Assembly: GCF_006345805.1 (NCBI RefSeq)
Contig: NC_043003.1
Coordinates: 69,006,001-69,070,000 of the forward strand
Length of the DNA: 64,000 nucleotides
Direction of reading: 5' to 3'
Source: Octopus sinensis
Taxonomy: Eukaryota
The notes under the pieces were generated by a model. The model was given only the letters and a program-made list of their open reading frames with translations, was not told the origin of the DNA and made no database searches. A program made the position numbers and the translations under genes. Positions 22,134-34,260 of this stretch are shown here, piece after piece. Every line of letters starts with the position of its first letter. Position 1 is the first letter of the stretch.

Positions 22134-24213
22134 GTTACTTTCCAGAAGCCTACTTCCCACTGCACATGTGTTGCTGTCAGTGTGCGCATGCGTTGTTGTC
22201 AGCGTTGTGCGTATCACCGATAGAAGTGGCCAAACTGTGTACAGCTGGTGAAAAAAGCTGGATTGTAAGGTCTTTTGTTTTTGGGGCCAGTGGGGGTTTG
22301 TTGTTTGTTGTAATTATTTTGGTACAAGCAAGAGGTCCTCACTGGATTCTAAACTCTGGTCTGCCTTCAGTTGAGTGGTTCACGTTGAGTGAATATTTTT
22401 TCTCATTTAATTGTGAGAATTGTTGCTTGTGGGCGTATCGTGCCTCCTAAAAATTTGTTCACTTTTTGTGAATTTTTTAAATAATTGTGAGAATTGCTGT
22501 TTTGGGGGAGTGCCTTTGCCTCCGAAGATTGAACGACTTGTATACCAGTTTTTGTGGAAGTTGTGTTCCAGTTGTGGTGTTTCGGATTCTGTTTTCGTGA
22601 ATTGTTTTCGTTTCTTCCTTCCATTTAATTGTAATTTTCTTTTGATTTCTTTCTTATTCTTTTAAAGTTTTATATTGATCTATTTTCGAACTGTTATTAT
22701 AAAAGAAAACATGGCAATGAAAAAAGGCAATGATTTTGAGTGGCAAATTATACCAGTGGTTGAAAGACCTTGAAGAGAGGACGGTGGTGTTGAGGACTTA
22801 CTCCAAGTCGCTCGACACCATCGCTCTATTTGAAAAGAGTAATTGAAAAGGAGTTGGCAGAGTATCTGCCAACTATGAAATTCATTTCCAGGGGTGGGGT
22901 CAAATACGCAACGATGTGGTTGTTTGACACTCCTGAAGAGGCTCGAAAATTTGCGAGCCAGCCCTTAGAGGGCAAAGAAATTTTGTTTCTTCCCACGTTT
23001 TGTTTGAAGATATTGACAAGAGCTTGGGTCCGCGGGTTGCCACCCAGGATAACACCCGAGTGGATATTGGAGACTATCCGCCGGGGTCTGGGTGGCAGCG
23101 GAACCAAGATCCTTAATGTGAAAGTTTTTTCTGCGTCTGATTGGGTTGGGTCAAAAGCTGTTTTTATCCTGTGAATCCAATCAGCAAATCATTTTTTGAA
23201 AATGGCGGATTGCAGGTACCTGGTGATTCTTGAGGGTCGCACCCCCAGGTGTTTTCGGTGCCTGGAGCCTGACCATAAAAAAAACTTATCCCAGGAACAA
23301 AGTAGGGTCCTGGAGCAGTTGGTTGAGAACTGTGTAGAAGAGTGAACGAAGGCGGTCGAGGAGACGGAGGGCTCCTCAAAGAAGGGCCACAAGAGGAAGA
23401 AGGTGAGCAAGAATGGATGCTCTCCGAAGGATCCTAGGGATGAGGGAGAGGAGGTGAATCTCCCGCTCACGGAGGAGACGCACCCTCTCTCAGGTGAGAA
23501 GAAAAAAGAGGAAAAGGAAGAGGAAGAGAAACGAGACATTGCCGGCAGTCGGTGACATAGTACCGGAATGTCCCAGAACCTCGTCGGTGGGGGTTGTGCC
23601 ACTGGTAGGGGAAGAGATACGGTCGGTGGAAATTGTGACGCCGACAGTAGAAGTGACTACCTCATCTCCGGGGGAAGACGAATTATTGGTCTTATTCTAC
23701 AGAGGCGGAGATGTGGAGAAGGTGTTGGAAAAACACCATTAGGGAGTGCCTTTAGCCTGCACATGGGAACCCGAATGGCTTTCGCAGATAGCTGTGGAGG
23801 TCATAACGTTGCACGTGTTGCGTACGCTACTGGTACTCAACGAGGAATATCGGTTATGGCCGGGCGGCGCTGACAGGCACCCGCCTTGTGCTTGAAGGTG
23901 GCGTGGGGGATGGCGGAGAATGGAGTCACAAGCGATGTTGAGGAAGAATATGGATAAGAGGTTGAAAAACCTGTGTTATTGAAAGTTCCTAGTGCCTCAT
24001 TTTGTTATTGAATTGTGAACAGTGTAAGAAGTTTGCTGCCTCATGAATAATATAAGAGATCAATGGTCTCGGAAAAAAAACGATTGGCGGGCGTCGCTTT
24101 TTCCTCCCCCTTAGTCATCATTTTCATTTTTCATTTCATATAACATTCTATCTGTGTCCAGCCCGCAGCTTCCCATCTCTATGTAAGGCCTTTATGGCCA
24201 ATATAATGAAATA
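22134..24213 (+). mobile_element. ORF1-only Tx1/L1-type non-autonomous retrotransposon (HAL1-like)
   Basis: Flanked by AAGAAG; decayed ORF1; no APE or RT; 3' end shares a GCC-loop-GGC hairpin and AATAAAGAA with the Tx1 ORF2 copy at 46013-47292. Confidence 0.7.
22710..23870 (+). pseudogene. Decayed LINE ORF1 (RRM-like region, CCHC knuckle remnant)
   Basis: AWVRGLPPRITPEWI; after frameshifts MADCRYLVILEGRTPRCFRCLEPDHKK, aligning to MAGSRYPVMLEGCPRKCHLCQETGHIKKNC at 34435-35133. Confidence 0.7.
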
Positions 24214-24353
24214 AAGAAGCTTGCTTCACAGCAACATCGTTCCGGGTTCAGTCCCATTGCGTGGCACCATGGGCGAGTGTCTTCTACTATAGCCTCAAGC
24301 AAACTAAACTTTTGTTAGTGGATTTGGTAGACAGAAACTGAAACGAAAACCGT

Positions 24354-24419
<66 letters not shown>

Positions 24420-25069
24420 TGTCCGCCACCAGCGTCTGATACCTGATGCTGGTGTGGGTACGTACCCGTAACATAGCGGTCCGGCAAAAGGGGTTTGATA
24501 GAATAAGTATCAGGCTCAAAAATCGATTCATTCTCTAAAGATTCTTCAAGGCCGTGCCCCAGCATGACTGCAGTCTAATGACAGAAACAAGAAAACGATA
24601 GTCAAAGAGCACAAAGTAAAATCTGGTGTTCTGTAAGGGCGGGATCATACCAGATGATAATTAATCTTATTAATTTTCCCAAAGCTAGAGCGAGAGACTA
24701 TTTCAGGCACGTTTTGTTCCACCTGAAGCTCTATACCGGAATTGTCGTCGGCTCGTAATTTTCCAAATTATTAACGATGAAATCGCTAAGTAATCTTAAA
24801 GAATTAGATTTATTTGTGTGAATTAATTACTAAAAAGTGACAGATATCCTTTCTAGACCGATTAAATTTTAGATAAGACCTGACAAAGTACGGAATTATT
24901 CATTATATTTGAGACAAATTGGTCCGATTCCTTTTATAAATCAAGCTGCGGATACGCGCGACATAATTACATTATTTTAAACTGATGACTCATTTATGTG
25001 TGTGTGTGTCTGTGTGTGTGTGTGCGTGAATTCTGCTTATGAAATCTTATCAATATAGCGTGAGTCGAA

Positions 25070-25270
25070 GGCGGCCAGCCAGCAGAATCGTTAGTATGCC
25101 GGGAGCAATGCTTAGCGGCATTTCATCCGTCTGCACGTTCTAGTTTCTAATTCGATTTTGCCTCTTATCCTTTCGGGGTCGATAAGATAAGTTCCAGTTG
25201 CGCACTAGGTTCGATATTATCGAGCTACCTCTCCCCAGAAATGGTTGGCCTTGCGCCGAAATTTGAAATC
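25070..25270 (+). mobile_element. SINE family B
   Basis: ccagcagaatcgttag..cctttcggggtcgataa match. Confidence 0.75.
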
Positions 25271-25329
25271 AATATAGGGTGACTCTACCTTCTTGAAAGA
25301 TTATAGCCATCTTTTCTCACATAACATCT

Positions 25330-25456
25330 GGGCATTGTTGTGTGGTTAAGGATCTCGCTTTGCCACCATGTGGTTTCAGGTTCCGTTCGACTGTGTATCA
25401 TGAGCCCAGCATTGCCTGTCAGAGAATTTGTTATACAGAAATCTTGTGGAAACTTG

Positions 25457-25537
<81 letters not shown>

Positions 25538-25725
25538 CGTGTGTGTGTGTGTGTGTGTGTGCACGCATAACTTTGTGCTTGTTTACGGCCTTTTAACAAA
25601 GCGGTTCGGCATTAATGTCTAATAGAATAAATAGCAGGTTTAAAAATAAGTTCTATTTGTTCGGCTAACACCTTGAAAGACGGTGCTCAGGCCTGGTCAT
25701 ATTCTAATGACTATAAGAAGTATAA
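25330..25725 (+). mobile_element. SINE family A, diverged, with (TG)n expansion
   Basis: gtgtggtt head, gcggttcggc, aatagaataa and aggcggtgctc-like tail. Confidence 0.65.
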
Positions 25726-26639
25726 AGGAGAGATGGCTTCAAGATGACGAGAAGCCGAAAAGTCGAGAAAACAATGGAGAGATTAAACAGGGACAACAAC
25801 ACGACTGGCAGCACAAACATTTCCAGTTACTACTTACGAAGAAAAAAAAGGAATGAAACAAAGACATTGCTGAACCAGACATAAAATAAACGACAATATC
25901 AGACAGGATAACAGAGAATAAATGGAAAATCATGGAGTGAATTGGCTGTCTGTAGCATTACTACATTTATTTCCTGGGAAAAATGAAAGCAATTGTTTCA
26001 CAAATACCGAAACGAAAGTATTAAAGCTTCTTGATAAGACGTACGTTCATTCCCTTGTTGCACTTAAAAAATATATTCCGAACGACAAATTTTCCCTCGA
26101 CATTTCTACTTTAACTTCTTCAGATGTTTCGGTAATTTTATCAGCTTGAATTTCCTTTCGATGTTTCTCTTTTATGTCGATTGATTCACAGCAGCTGCAC
26201 CTCCTATCGGACCTGTAAAACATTTCGTCTCTCAGACAAGTGGACGGCTTTCGCTACACAACTTTCATATCATTAATATTTCTTTGCGATAAAATTTTCA
26301 TAGAAAATTCCCCATCTCACAAAAGACTTTGACAATTAATACTGCTCTTAAAAGCCATGTTCTTAAAATTGACTCTTATTTGTTTATTTATTTATTTCGT
26401 TTCACATTCAAAATGGTTGCGTGGAATGAAGTTGTTACAGCTGCATCTGTTGTTATTATTTTTTTTTGTTTAGCCCCAGGTAACATTCTAAGCTCAAAGA
26501 GTTCCAGTCGTAACTACGCTATGCTAGGACACAATAACCGCCTAAGCAGGCCTAGTGCAGATACGAGTAGAATATGAGAACCGGTATTAAAGAAGGATAC
26601 AAAAATATTAGGTTCATAAGCCATAAAATTCACCCTGTA

Positions 26640-26885
26640 ATATAGCGTAATGGTCAAGAGCGTTGGCTACTAACCCCAAGGTTCCGAGTTCAGTTTCAGG
26701 CAGTGAATAGATAATAATAATAATATCAGCAAAAAATACGATAGAAATGAGAGCCCAGGACTGGGTTCAAAATTCCCACAGGACATCTGATGAAGGCTGG
26801 GGAATGTTGTGGTAACAACAAACAAGATGAGGACACATATCCGCCCAATGTAAATAATGTATAGAATTCCTCACCTCAAATATTC
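26640..26885 (+). mobile_element. tRNA-headed SINE family C with a partly deleted HHR tail
   Basis: A/B-box-like head, (AAT)n linker, acatCTGATGAaggctgg with the 3' half of stem II and GAAA lost; homologous to 42715-43075. Confidence 0.7.
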
Positions 26886-26974
26886 TTTGTTTCCAAATAA
26901 TAAAATCAAAGACCACATTACCACATTCTACCTATTTTATGATGGCAACGTCTAGCACAGTTTCTCGTGCTGTT

Positions 26975-27210
26975 GTTTGTTCCTTCTTGAGTTATGCCTG
27001 GCTCATTAGTTCCGGTTTCCCGGTTTCACTGCCGGATAGGTTCCCCACCCGGACGAGACGCCGGTCCATCACAGGTGAGCTGCTACATGCAGGAAGAGAG
27101 AGTGAGCCGATGCCGCGTGGGGCTTAGGTGTTTCTCTCATAAATACACATATTACCCAGTCTGAGATCCCACGACCGCGAGTCCGCTGATCTAACCATGA
27201 TGCCATGTGC
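26975..27210 (-). mobile_element. SINE family D
   Basis: Minus strand cagcggactcgcggtcg..aaacacctaa..gatggaccggcgtc..gaaaccgggaaaccgg matches 14420-14730. Confidence 0.75.
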
Positions 27211-27550
27211 ATAGTGGACGCTTCTAAATTTTCCATGGACTCCCTCAGAGCCATATTTCATTGAGCCTAAAAAGAGAATGTCGGTTGACGCAGGTATTTT
27301 TTCCTACTCAGACCGTAACTAGGCGAAAGGACTTTTACATTCTAATTTTTCCCTTTTGTTATATTTGTTTCATTCATTGGATTGCAGCCATGTTGGGGCA
27401 CCATCTTGAACAAATCAGCCAGAGTATTGATTTTTAAGCCTGGTATTTATTCTAGCGATCCATCCAACTCCTTTCCTTGACTGCTACGTTAGATAGAATA
27501 AACAAATCAACGCTGGCTATCGCGCGCTGGTGGGGAAAAACAAATACAAA

Positions 27551-27617
<67 letters not shown>

Positions 27618-27644
27618 TATATATATTATGGAAATATTTACAAA

Positions 27645-27785
27645 ACATTCACTTAATATTTTTCTCCAATTTAATTGTTTTTCTTATTTTACTCGTAGTT
27701 GAAAAAGTCTAAAAGTCGGAAACCGGTACTAAAATGTAATTCATGATAAAATTATTTTAGATTTTTCTACCTTGTCTTATTTTCC

Positions 27786-27790
<5 letters not shown>
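27645..27790 (+). mobile_element. PLE-end-like fragment between (TA)n tracts, with a U3-A8 HHR-like motif at 27696-27731
   Basis: tag TTGAAAA agtctaaaagtcg GAAA ccgg TA cta. Confidence 0.6.
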
Positions 27791-27839
<49 letters not shown>

Positions 27840-27842
<3 letters not shown>

Positions 27843-27970
27843 ATGGGCTTCTGCACAGTTTTCGTCAATGCAATTCATTCACAATGAAAAACCCGTACCT
27901 AACCTGCCGCGCAGTGCGACCGAGCTCGAAACCAAATGGTTGCAAAGTGAGCTTCCTAACCACACCTCCA
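27840..27970 (-). mobile_element. SINE family A, diverged 5' part
   Basis: cgatgggcttc..gcgcagtgcgaccgagctcgaaacc..taaccacacc. Confidence 0.6.
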
Positions 27971-28709
27971 TGTTCAACATACTAAGTACATATCAAATTA
28001 CATTGGTTAGGAACTCTTCCATTGTGTTTATTACCGATTACTAACATAAGACCCAAAACCTCAAATTTTGGGGGGAGTACAGTCGGTTAGGAACGAACCA
28101 CTATGTGCTCTGTTCTTTACTCCATCGGGGACAACACTGACATCACGATATACAAGATTGGTGCTCTGACGTTCAAATAATTTCTGGTTCGTCTGTAAAA
28201 GAATTTTATCAATAACTCAAATCTGGTAAATAAAATAGACCGTTGATAATTCACACATTAAGGTCAGATTAGAGCGGGTGAGTTCCTGTCAAGAGGTTAC
28301 ATGTACCTATCTCTTAAGAATAAATCAGTTACTTAACTGTCAGAGCGCATAAGGAAAAACTTAGAATAAATCACTGTTAGCAATTCTTTCGGAGAGAAAT
28401 ATTTTGTGTTGTAAATAATTGATGGAAAACCCATCGGAGAAAGCAGAATACTTCAAGCTAAACATTTCTAAACGGTCGTGTAGTAATGGCAGTGAAGTAG
28501 AGATGTGTCATACGTTGTTAGCGCGGTATCCATTCTCTGCATCAGGTGTTTAAACTGTGCCGAGGTGAAAGTTTCCCGTTTCCTTTCACCAGCAAGAGTT
28601 CCACGAATTAAATAGAAGTCCAGTATTGGAGTCAGTTTCTCTCGCTGGCTGTGGACAGTCGCCCGAATGGCGCCCAGAGCGAGCTCTGGGCACCATTGCG
28701 TCGACTGTG

Positions 28710-28753
<44 letters not shown>

Positions 28754-28870
28754 TATATATATGCATAAAAATATATTCATATATATATATATGTACATAT
28801 ATGTATACAGGTATACATCTACGTATACAGATAAGTGTATGAATTCAAATATATAAGGTAATATAAGGTA

Positions 28871-29816
28871 CTAGCAGAATTACCCGGCGTTGACCGTGTT
28901 ACATACAATTGAAGAATTAGACTTTTCTGTTATATTTACTGTAATGAACTGGAATACGTATGTTTCGAATTTCATCAAATTTGCAGATGAATCTTATTTC
29001 CCTCTTTACAGACCCAAACAAAATTGTAATCTTGCCACATGTATCCCATACTCCTTATTTTTTATGCGCATATTCCAAAATTCCAGTCTTATAGCACCTG
29101 TTTAAAGGATTTTGCTCCTGGAAAATGAAGGTCATGGAGCCCTAAAATGTGAGAGTTAAGGCCCCTGTTAGGGGTGGGCGTCTTAATGTCAACCAGAGAA
29201 GTTGAATTGTTGAGAATCTGTTTAACTTGGGTCTTATATCTATTGTTTGAATTTCTTTGAAATAGGAAATATGCGTTCACTGGGTTTGTACAAGAGAGCA
29301 AAGCTACAGGAAACCAAAAGACGAATGATCACAATAAGCAGTCAGCTACAGTGCCCTAGACGTTACCACTCCCAATGTAGGACTTAGTTTTGGATCATAA
29401 GTGAAATGACTAAAATTTGGAGTTAAGGCCCCCATTAGGGTGTCTCAGAATCCCCACGTGAAGTGGAAACTTTGAGAATACTTCTTGATATGTGTCAATT
29501 ACCCATGGTTGAAATTTCATCAACATCGAAAATTTATGAATTTTCATGTGGGGTTCTGCCACCTTTAAGCCATCCTAAATTCAAACCAAACATATTGCAT
29601 TATACCCGCCCATATGCATTGATTCTAAGTTTCAAATATCATAAGGATCCATTCAGAAATTTTGGTCCATGAAATTGTATGAAACACACAGCATTACCCT
29701 TCTCCCTGGGCTTCGATTTTGTGTTCCAAATTTCATTATGATCGGTGCAGCAGTTTTCGAATGTATAAGTAATACACGAACACATAAAAACATTGTCTTT
29801 GATATAATAAATATGA
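28871..29816 (-). mobile_element. Non-autonomous Helitron (Lep1-like); second copy 31491-32437
   Basis: Minus-strand 3' end cggtcaacgccgggtaattctgCTAG|T with a short GC hairpin; 5' region gaaaactgctgcaccgatcataatgaaatttgg resembles such Helitron 5' ends. The exact 5' TC boundary is uncertain. Confidence 0.7.
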
Positions 29817-29959
29817 ATGTACACATACATATATACATGTATATATATATGTGCGTGTGCGTGCGTGTGTGTGTATATATATATATATGTATATATATAT
29901 ACATACTTACACACACACAAAGATAAATTGATAGATACAACTGAGTGGGCAAACAAAAA

Positions 29960-30290
29960 TATGAGACACAGCGTTGATAAGCCTGGTACTTATTCTATTA
30001 GTTTCTCTTTGTGAAACCAGTAAGTTATGGGGATGTAAATAAACGAACACCAGTTGTGAGGAAGTGATGAGCGAGAAACACAAAGACACACACACAGACT
30101 TACATATATACATACATATATATACGATTGATTTGTTTCAGTTTCTGTCTACAAAATCCACTGACAAGGCTTTGGTTGGTCTAAGGCTATAGCAGAAGAC
30201 ACATGCCAAGTCACCACACAGTGGGACTGAACTGGGGACCATGTGTTTTGGAACGAAGTTTGTTGCCACACCTGCACCTGTGTGTGAGTA
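29960..30290 (-). mobile_element. SINE family A, diverged; duplicated at about 32580-32910
   Basis: tttcagtttctgtctacaaaatccact..cagtgggactgaactgggg. Confidence 0.8.
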
Positions 30291-30601
30291 TGTGTGTATG
30301 GGTGTGTATATATATATATGCATGTATATATGTGAATATATATTTGTACATATTACATGTACATATATATATACATCTACACATATACATGTATACATAT
30401 ACATTTATATGTATAGAAATAAATGTATACATATACAGTTATACACACATACACACACATACACATACATAGGTGCAGGTGTGGATGTATGGTAACAAAC
30501 TTCGTTCGAAAACAGATGAACCTGGGTTAAAAATTAAATTTAATATAGTAAGGTTGAGAAACTGAATATTAATTTGATTAATATGAATTGAAAACCAGTA
30601 G

Positions 30602-31345
30602 TGTAGCATACAAGACCATAGCAGATCTTCATCTAGCAAAATTAAAACTAGTTTCACATGTGCCTCTGAGAACCTAATTTATGGAATAACCTGCTCGGGT
30701 TGCAGTCATCAGTACATTGGACAAACGAGTTTAATTTTGAGGAAGAGAATTACTCTACATAAGGAGCAAATCCGTTTCCCGCAATACAGACAAATCCCTC
30801 TTTGTGAACACATAGAAAAATGTGCAGGTAACATCAAACCAAATTTTACAGTCTTCCCTTTCTCCCAGTGCAAAGACACAATCTCTCAACTAGAACGCTT
30901 AAATAAAGAAACTTTTTTCATTGAAAAATACAAAACGCGTCTGAATAAGTACGCATAGCCAATTTTTATATTTTTACATATTACATCACTGTACATAAAT
31001 CCCCTACTAAACAAGGCCTCCTTTTTTTTAAACCTGTCACCTTTCTGTACACATATTTTTCCCCACCCAAAACCTAAACAGTTATCTCCCCTACACACAA
31101 CAATAACAATAATAACAACCAATTACCTCCCTTTACTTGTCAACTTGTAAAATCATTCACTCGTGAATCTCATTATAAACAACATGGACCCATTTTCTTC
31201 TTAAGAAAAAATATATTTTCATATGAATTAAACATTGTATCATGAATAGCGATTGCGAAACCGGTCGATACATTAAAAATTATACTATAACCATGTAAGT
31301 GTGCGTATTTTCCGTTTTTATTTTTCTTATATAAAATTAGGGTGT
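30602..31345 (+). mobile_element. PLE 3' fragment (GIY-YIG + 3' UTR); duplicated at 33221-33965
   Basis: Open frame 30602-30958: FTCASENLIYGITCSGCSHQYIGQTSLILRKRITLHKEQI..KETFFIEKYKTRLN; UTR with an HHR-like motif; ends at (TA)n. Confidence 0.85.
31236..31272 (+). ncRNA. Minimal HHR-like motif with A3-U8 core (AUGAAUA); copy at 33855-33891
   Basis: tgtatc ATGAATA gc-gatt-gc GAAA ccgg TC gataca. Perfect 6-bp stem I. Confidence 0.65.
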
Positions 31346-33986
31346 TATATATATATATATATATATATATGCATATATATATGCATAAAAATATATTCAT
31401 ATATATATATATGTACATATATGTATACAGGTATACATCTACGTATACAGATAAGTGTATGAATTCAAATATATAAGGTAATATAAGGTACTAGCAGAAT
31501 TACCCGGCGTTGACCGTGTTACATACAATTGAAGAATTAGACTTTTCTGTTATATTTACTGTAATGAACTGGAATACGTATGTTTCGAATTTCATCAAAT
31601 TTGCAGATGAATCTTATTTCCCTCTTTACAGACCCAAACAAAATTGTAATCTTGCCACATGTATCCCATACTCCTTATTTTTTATGCGCATATTCCAAAA
31701 TTCCAGTCTTATAGCACCTGTTTAAAGGATTTTGCTCCTGGAAAATGAAGGTCATGGAGCCCTAAAATGTGAGAGTTAAGGCCCCTGTTAGGGGTGGGCG
31801 TCTTAATGTCAACCAGAGAAGTTGAATTGTTGAGAATCTGTTTAACTTGGGTCTTATATCTATTGTTTGAATTTCTTTGAAATAGGAAATATGCGTTCAC
31901 TGGGTTTGTACAAGAGAGCAAAGCTACAGGAAACCAAAAGACGAATGATCACAATAAGCAGTCAGCTACAGTGCCCTAGACGTTACCACTCCCAATGTAG
32001 GACTTAGTTTTGGATCATAAGTGAAATGACTAAAATTTGGGAGTTAAGGCCCCCATTAGGGTGTCTCAGAATCCCCACGTGAAGTGGAAACTTTGAGAAT
32101 ACTTCTTGATATGTGTCAATTACCCATGGTTGAAATTTCATCAACATCGAAAATTTATGAATTTTCATGTGGGGTTCTGCCACCTTTAAGCCATCCTAAA
32201 TTCAAACCAAACATATTGCATTATACCCGCCCATATGCATTGATTCTAAGTTTCAAATATCATAAGGATCCATTCAGAAATTTTGGTCCATGAAATTGTA
32301 TGAAACACACAGCATTACCCTTCTCCCTGGGCTTCGATTTTGTGTTCCAAATTTCATTATGATCGGTGCAGCAGTTTTCGAATGTATAAGTAATACACGA
32401 ACACATAAAAACATTGTCTTTGATATAATAAATATGAATGTACACATACATATATACATGTATATATATATGTGCGTGTGCGTGCGTGTGTGTGTATATA
32501 TATATATATGTATATATATATACATACTTACACACACACAAAGATAAATTGATAGATACAACTGAGTGGGCAAACAAAAATATGAGACACAGCGTTGATA
32601 AGCCTGGTACTTATTCTATTAGTTTCTCTTTGTGAAACCAGTAAGTTATGGGGATGTAAATAAACGAACACCAGTTGTGAGGAAGTGATGAGCGAGAAAC
32701 ACAAAGACACACACACAGACTTACATATATACATACATATATATACGATTGATTTGTTTCAGTTTCTGTCTACAAAATCCACTGACAAGGCTTTGGTTGG
32801 TCTAAGGCTATAGCAGAAGACACATGCCAAGTCACCACACAGTGGGACTGAACTGGGGACCATGTGTTTTGGAACGAAGTTTGTTGCCACACCTGCACCT
32901 GTGTGTGAGTATGTGTGTATGGGTGTATATATATATATGCATGTATATATGTGAATATATATTTGTACATATTACATGTACATATATATATACATCTACA
33001 CATATACATGTATACATATACATTTATATGTATAGAAATAAATGTATACATATACAGTTATACACACATACACACACATACACATACATAGGTGCAGGTG
33101 TGGATGTATGGTAACAAACTTCGTTCGAAAACAGATGAACCTGGGTTAAAAATTAAATTTAATATAGTAAGGTTGAGAAACTGAATATTAATTTGATTAA
33201 TATGAATTGAAAACCAGTAGTGTAGCATACAAGACCATAGCAGATCTTCATCTAGCAAAATTAAAACTAGTTTCACATGTGCCTCTGAGAACCTAATTTA
33301 TGGAATAACCTGCTCGGGTTGCAGTCATCAGTACATTGGACAAACGAGTTTAATTTTGAGGAAGAGAATTACTCTACATAAGGAGCAAATCCGTTTCCCG
33401 CAATACAGACAAATCCCTCTTTGTGAACACATAGAAAAATGTGCAGGTAACATCAAACCAAATTTTACAGTCTTCCCTTTCTCCCAGTGCAAAGACACAA
33501 TCTCTCAACTAGAACGCTTAAATAAAGAAACTTTTTTCATTGAAAAATACAAAACGCGTCTGAATAAGTACGCATAGCCAATTTTTATATTTTTACATAT
33601 TACATCACTGTACATAAATCCCCTACTAAACAAGGCCTCCTTTTTTTTAAACCTGTCACCTTTCTGTACACATATTTTTCCCCACCCAAAACCTAAACAG
33701 TTATCTCCCCTACACACAACAATAACAATAATAACAACCAATTACCTCCCTTTACTTGTCAACTTGTAAAATCATTCACTCGTGAATCTCATTATAAACA
33801 ACATGGACCCATTTTCTTCTTAAGAAAAAATATATTTTCATATGAATTAAACATTGTATCATGAATAGCGATTGCGAAACCGGTCGATACATTAAAAATT
33901 ATACTATAACCATGTAAGTGTGCGTATTTTCCGTTTTTATTTTTCTTATATAAAATTAGGGTGTTATATATATATATATATATATA

Positions 33987-34260
33987 ACACCCTAATGGGA
34001 GCCTTAACTCCCAAATTTTTGTCATTTCTTTTATGATCCAAAACTAGGTCAAAAGTACTGAATGGATCTTTATGAAATTTGGAAATCATATTCTATGCAT
34101 AAGGGCCACAACCCTTATGACAATTCATATATTTTTGCTGTTGATGAAATTTTAACCATAGATATTAGACACAAATGAAGTAATATTTATAAAATTTCAT
34201 CTTACAAGTTATGAAGACCCCTCCTTGTGGACTTAACACCCACAATTTTGTCATTTTATC
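33987..34260 (+). mobile_element. Diverged Helitron-internal fragment, inverted relative to 28871-29816
   Basis: acaccctaatgggagccttaactcc..tatgatccaaaacta is the reverse complement of about 29385-29445; a second module matches about 29600-29660. Confidence 0.65.

Larger units (their letters stand above)
22103..24596 (+). mobile_element. SINE family A split by a 2.08 kb insertion (head 22103-22133, remainder 24214-24596)
   Basis: ..gtgtggtAAGAAG | insert | AAGAAGcttgcttc.. rebuilds the SINE head. Confidence 0.85.
28713..33986. repeat. Tandem duplication, unit about 2620 bp, bounded by (TA)n tracts
   Basis: Identical ORF pairs at offsets 2620, 2621 and 2619; the differences I saw are 1-2 nt indels in homopolymer or dinucleotide runs. 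Confidence 0.95.

Noticed and set aside
23189-23602. Antisense ORFs over the ORF1-only elements (also 34521-34958)
   Set aside because: Shadow frames of purine-rich ORF1 sequence.
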